Source of the DNA: Escherichia phage vB_EcoM_G2540-3
Direction: 5' to 3' (one strand)
Sequence record: MK327944.1
Length of the DNA stretch: 64,000 nt
Shown here: positions 61,358 through 64,000 of the stretch, one piece after another
How the letters are laid out: each line of letters opens with the position of its first letter
Position numbering within the stretch: position 1 is the stretch's first letter
Program-made: the position numbers and the translations under genes
The notes under the pieces: generated by a model
The model's database searches: none
What the model was told of the DNA's origin: nothing
Seen by the model: the letters and a program-made list of their open reading frames with translations, nothing else

Positions 61358-62196
61358 TAGAATGCTCCTTGGAAAATATTATCACCACAAGTAGGTCTAT
61401 TATACAAATACTCTATACCGCCGGGTTTAATATAGTTCCATGTCTGAAACGGATGCGTCTGATATGGATGATATAGATGATTATAAGGATTAAATCCAGG
61501 AGTTCTCCAGGTAGTGTTCCAAGGAAAAGAATCGTTTTTAATCATCTTTTCAATTACATCTTTTATAGCTTTTTCACTATCAAAACTTTCTTTATTTTCC
61601 TTTGGTGAAAAAAGCTTATTCTCTACATCGTTCCATGTATAAACTCGCTGAGCAGTTTTTGGAATACTGTCACGTTCCCCTCGAGCCATCCAATAAACAG
61701 GAACACTTAATATTTCACTCGCGTGGTCGCAGTGGTGAGCGAGATCGTCAATATAACAAATTACGTTATATTTCTCTTTTGCCTTTTTGAACAACTCTTC
61801 TTTTGAAGAATCATGACCACACATCAGTACTTCTGAGAAGGCACCAGGAAAAAGAGCATTCAAATTAAATTGACGATTCAGCAGAGCGTCAATAGAATCA
61901 CCCAGTGCTGTAACAGCTACAAAATTATAATCTTCTTTTAATTTGTTAATTACACACAGGGCATCTTTATATGGCGACAAGTAACGAATAAAATCTGAAC
62001 GATTGTATTTTTCAATTAGCTTAACGCCAAGTTCTTCATCACAATTAAAAAGTTTACCAGGAGAAATAAATTTCTCATCTTGGATCATTTTTAAAATATG
62101 TTCTAACGGAAGATTATATTTCTGAGCAAAATAAGGAAGGCCTGATTGCCAGCTTAAACATACTCCATCAATATCAGTTAAAATAGTAGGCTTCAT
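61357..62196 (-). CDS. HAD-superfamily hydrolase-like protein (30.2-like)
   Basis: 279 aa; N-terminal TDIDGV resembles HAD motif I. Confidence 0.6.
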   Translation of the reverse strand: MKPTILTDIDGVCLSWQSGLPYFAQKYNLPLEHILKMIQDEKFISPGKLFNCDEELGVKLIEKYNRSDFIRYLSPYKDALCVINKLKEDYNFVAVTALGDSIDALLNRQFNLNALFPGAFSEVLMCGHDSSKEELFKKAKEKYNVICYIDDLAHHCDHASEILSVPVYWMARGERDSIPKTAQRVYTWNDVENKLFSPKENKESFDSEKAIKDVIEKMIKNDSFPWNTTWRTPGFNPYNHLYHPYQTHPFQTWNYIKPGGIEYLYNRPTCGDNIFQGAF

Positions 62197-62657
62197 AGAG
62201 AGTCTCTTAATAGGTTTAACACATCAATAAATTCAGCTTCGGTTAGTATTGTATCATCTTTTGTTAGACCACTAGCCATGCTGTGCTTCAAAACTTTTCC
62301 TTTCGAGGCTAGTAATGCATCACGAAAGCCCTTGTTTTGAATCGCTGCTTCAAAATATGCATTTGTGTATAATTCTTTCCACGCCGGGGAGTATCTTGAA
62401 AACGGAACTCCGAGCCAGAAGAGGGTCCCACGGTCCTGAGCTCTTGCATAAGACCTTCCAGCTTGCTGTGCGGCAAGCCCGGATAACCCAAATATACGAC
62501 GTTGTTGTTCAACATTTTTCACCTTACACCCTTGGAGGAATCCTTCGAGACCTCCAAATTGAATACCATCCATGACGAAAGGCCATTGGGCGAAATTACT
62601 TAATGCACATGATGGCCACCTAAAATTGCTTCTAATCTCTAACTCAGACATTTTCAA
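62193..62657 (-). CDS. NADAR/YbiA-like domain protein (30.3-like)
   Basis: 154 aa; family assignment is recollection-based. Confidence 0.55.
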   Translation of the reverse strand: MKMSELEIRSNFRWPSCALSNFAQWPFVMDGIQFGGLEGFLQGCKVKNVEQQRRIFGLSGLAAQQAGRSYARAQDRGTLFWLGVPFSRYSPAWKELYTNAYFEAAIQNKGFRDALLASKGKVLKHSMASGLTKDDTILTEAEFIDVLNLLRDSL

Positions 62658-62850
62658 TGCTTATAATTTCAACATCAGCCCAATGACCATAGCAAGGAAG
62701 ACGAAATTCAACTGGCCAGTTAGGGTCCTTTTCTAATATAATAGACTCAACTCGTGGTTCTTCACGTTCATCAGTATATGGATTTTTATCTGTTACTTTA
62801 TATGTGACCTTAATGTACTGAATTCCAAAAATCTTATTAATTATATTCAT
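62644..62850 (-). CDS. hypothetical small protein
   Basis: 68-aa ORF in overlapping tandem array. Confidence 0.5.
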   Translation of the reverse strand: MNIINKIFGIQYIKVTYKVTDKNPYTDEREEPRVESIILEKDPNWPVEFRLPCYGHWADVEIISIENV

Positions 62851-63044
62851 ACTAATTCCTTTAATCCGTAGATAGGAGATAATTCATCACCCATACGAAG
62901 GTCTTCATTTCCATCTACCCAGGAAACAATATAAGCCTCTTTTATTTGAATACCACTCCATTTAAATGGAGGTAGAACCTTAGAAATTAATCCAGGTATA
63001 CCAACTCCCTTTAATTCAACAGTTTGACCTAAAAAGAATTTCAT
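62847..63044 (-). CDS. hypothetical small protein
   Basis: 65-aa ORF. Confidence 0.5.
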   Translation of the reverse strand: MKFFLGQTVELKGVGIPGLISKVLPPFKWSGIQIKEAYIVSWVDGNEDLRMGDELSPIYGLKELV

Positions 63045-63331
63045 TAGAACCTCATCTGAAAACCGTGCGATTTAACATTACCGCCGCCAATATCAGAAAT
63101 GTTAATTTCACGCGCAATTGAAGGGTCAATGTCAATTTCGCGATTGAGTTTAGTGATAGCTAAAGTATCACGCCCATTTACAGTACGGAACTCTAGAGGA
63201 CAAACCACATTAACGTAGTTTTTAATCGATTCACTGGTAGGTTGCAAATGAGCAGGAAGGTCTTTAGGCGCCTTAGAAAAAACCACTTCACAGAAGTTTT
63301 TACGAGTATCAAAATAAGTAGTCATAAACAT
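63044..63331 (-). CDS. hypothetical protein
   Basis: 95-aa ORF with GAGGAAAA RBS. Confidence 0.55.
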   Translation of the reverse strand: MFMTTYFDTRKNFCEVVFSKAPKDLPAHLQPTSESIKNYVNVVCPLEFRTVNGRDTLAITKLNREIDIDPSIAREINISDIGGGNVKSHGFQMRF

Positions 63332-63347
63332 AGTATTTTCCTCAGCA

Positions 63348-63363
63348 AGGGGCCGAAGCCCCT
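63348..63363 (-). other. intercistronic RNA hairpin (UUCG loop on the minus transcript)
   Basis: Minus-strand GGGGCTTCGGCCCC between two minus-strand ORFs. Confidence 0.45.
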
Positions 63364-63372
63364 CATTTTATT

Positions 63373-63750
63373 TTAAATATCAAATTCGTTAAGAACTACA
63401 TCAAAGATTGCTTCAAGATGCTCAGGTTTAGCTCTATTACTCAGAATATGACGAATCCAAGTTTTAACCAGAAGCTTGCGATTAACGCCATTCCAGCAAG
63501 GATGAGTCCCTAAATCGCGTTGACGAAAATCATCATCCAAAGCAATTTTGAAGTTGGAACCTTCCATTGTGATTGAAACCGTGATGCCATTTTCAAATCG
63601 CATATAAACGTAGTTAGGAGTCATATACTGTTCAATTTCGCATACTGATCCATTTTGATGTTTCCAAAGGCAGATAGTATCAATAGAACCTGCAATACCA
63701 TTAGAAACATATTTACGTTCAAAGTTGATGTAGTTCATTTTATTCTCCAA
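63373..63750 (-). CDS. hypothetical protein
   Basis: 125-aa ORF. Confidence 0.55.
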   Translation of the reverse strand: MENKMNYINFERKYVSNGIAGSIDTICLWKHQNGSVCEIEQYMTPNYVYMRFENGITVSITMEGSNFKIALDDDFRQRDLGTHPCWNGVNRKLLVKTWIRHILSNRAKPEHLEAIFDVVLNEFDI

Positions 63751-64000
63751 GATGTTTAATTGCGGTACAGGTATATAATATCATATCCTGTACCAAAGTA
63801 AACAATTATTTTACTACTTTCCAATGCTGCATGTCAAGTTTACCAACTTTTTTCATCTTCTCAATTAAGCGTTCGGCACGTTGGCGAGCTGTAACATAAT
63901 ACCATTCACCTAATTCATTTTGTTCAATTTTTCCAACGATTACTGTATTCAATTCATAAATCCAACCAGTAAAGAAATTATGAACTTGAATTGTAAAGGT

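Overview
This window reads as a T-even (T4-like) myovirus genome segment, with no bacterial chromosomal genes. Calls rest on T4 gene order and lengths as I recall them, plus motifs read directly from the ORF translations; no database search was run. Map, low to high coordinate: minus-strand early region (nudE-like start, small e.x-like ORFs, 8-tRNA cluster with segB, internal-protein cassettes, 57B/57A, genes 1, 3, 2, 4); plus-strand late structural block (53, 5, 5.1, 5.4, 6-12, wac, 13-24, including baseplate hub/lysozyme, terminase 16/17, sheath 18, tube 19, portal 20, protease 21, scaffold 22, capsid 23/24); then rnlB, hoc, inh, segE, uvsW, uvsY, baseplate hub genes 25-29/48/54/51, alt, DNA ligase 30 and 30.x ORFs. 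It is not wild-type T4 as I remember it: five free-standing homing endonuclease genes are present, no gene sits between 23 and 24, and Hoc carries an extra Ig-like domain. The strongest finding is a perfect 55-bp tandem duplication that splits the alt ADP-ribosyltransferase ORF between its R/STS motifs and its E-x-E motif. Other findings: a decayed alt N-terminal paralog, an in-frame 288-bp domain duplication in hoc, a modular internal-protein cassette array with a repeated 30-nt junction, and strand-consistent tetraloop hairpins at gene junctions. I found no CRISPR array, rRNA, integrase or recognisable defence/anti-defence operon, and cannot support a claim of a wholly new system beyond these observations.
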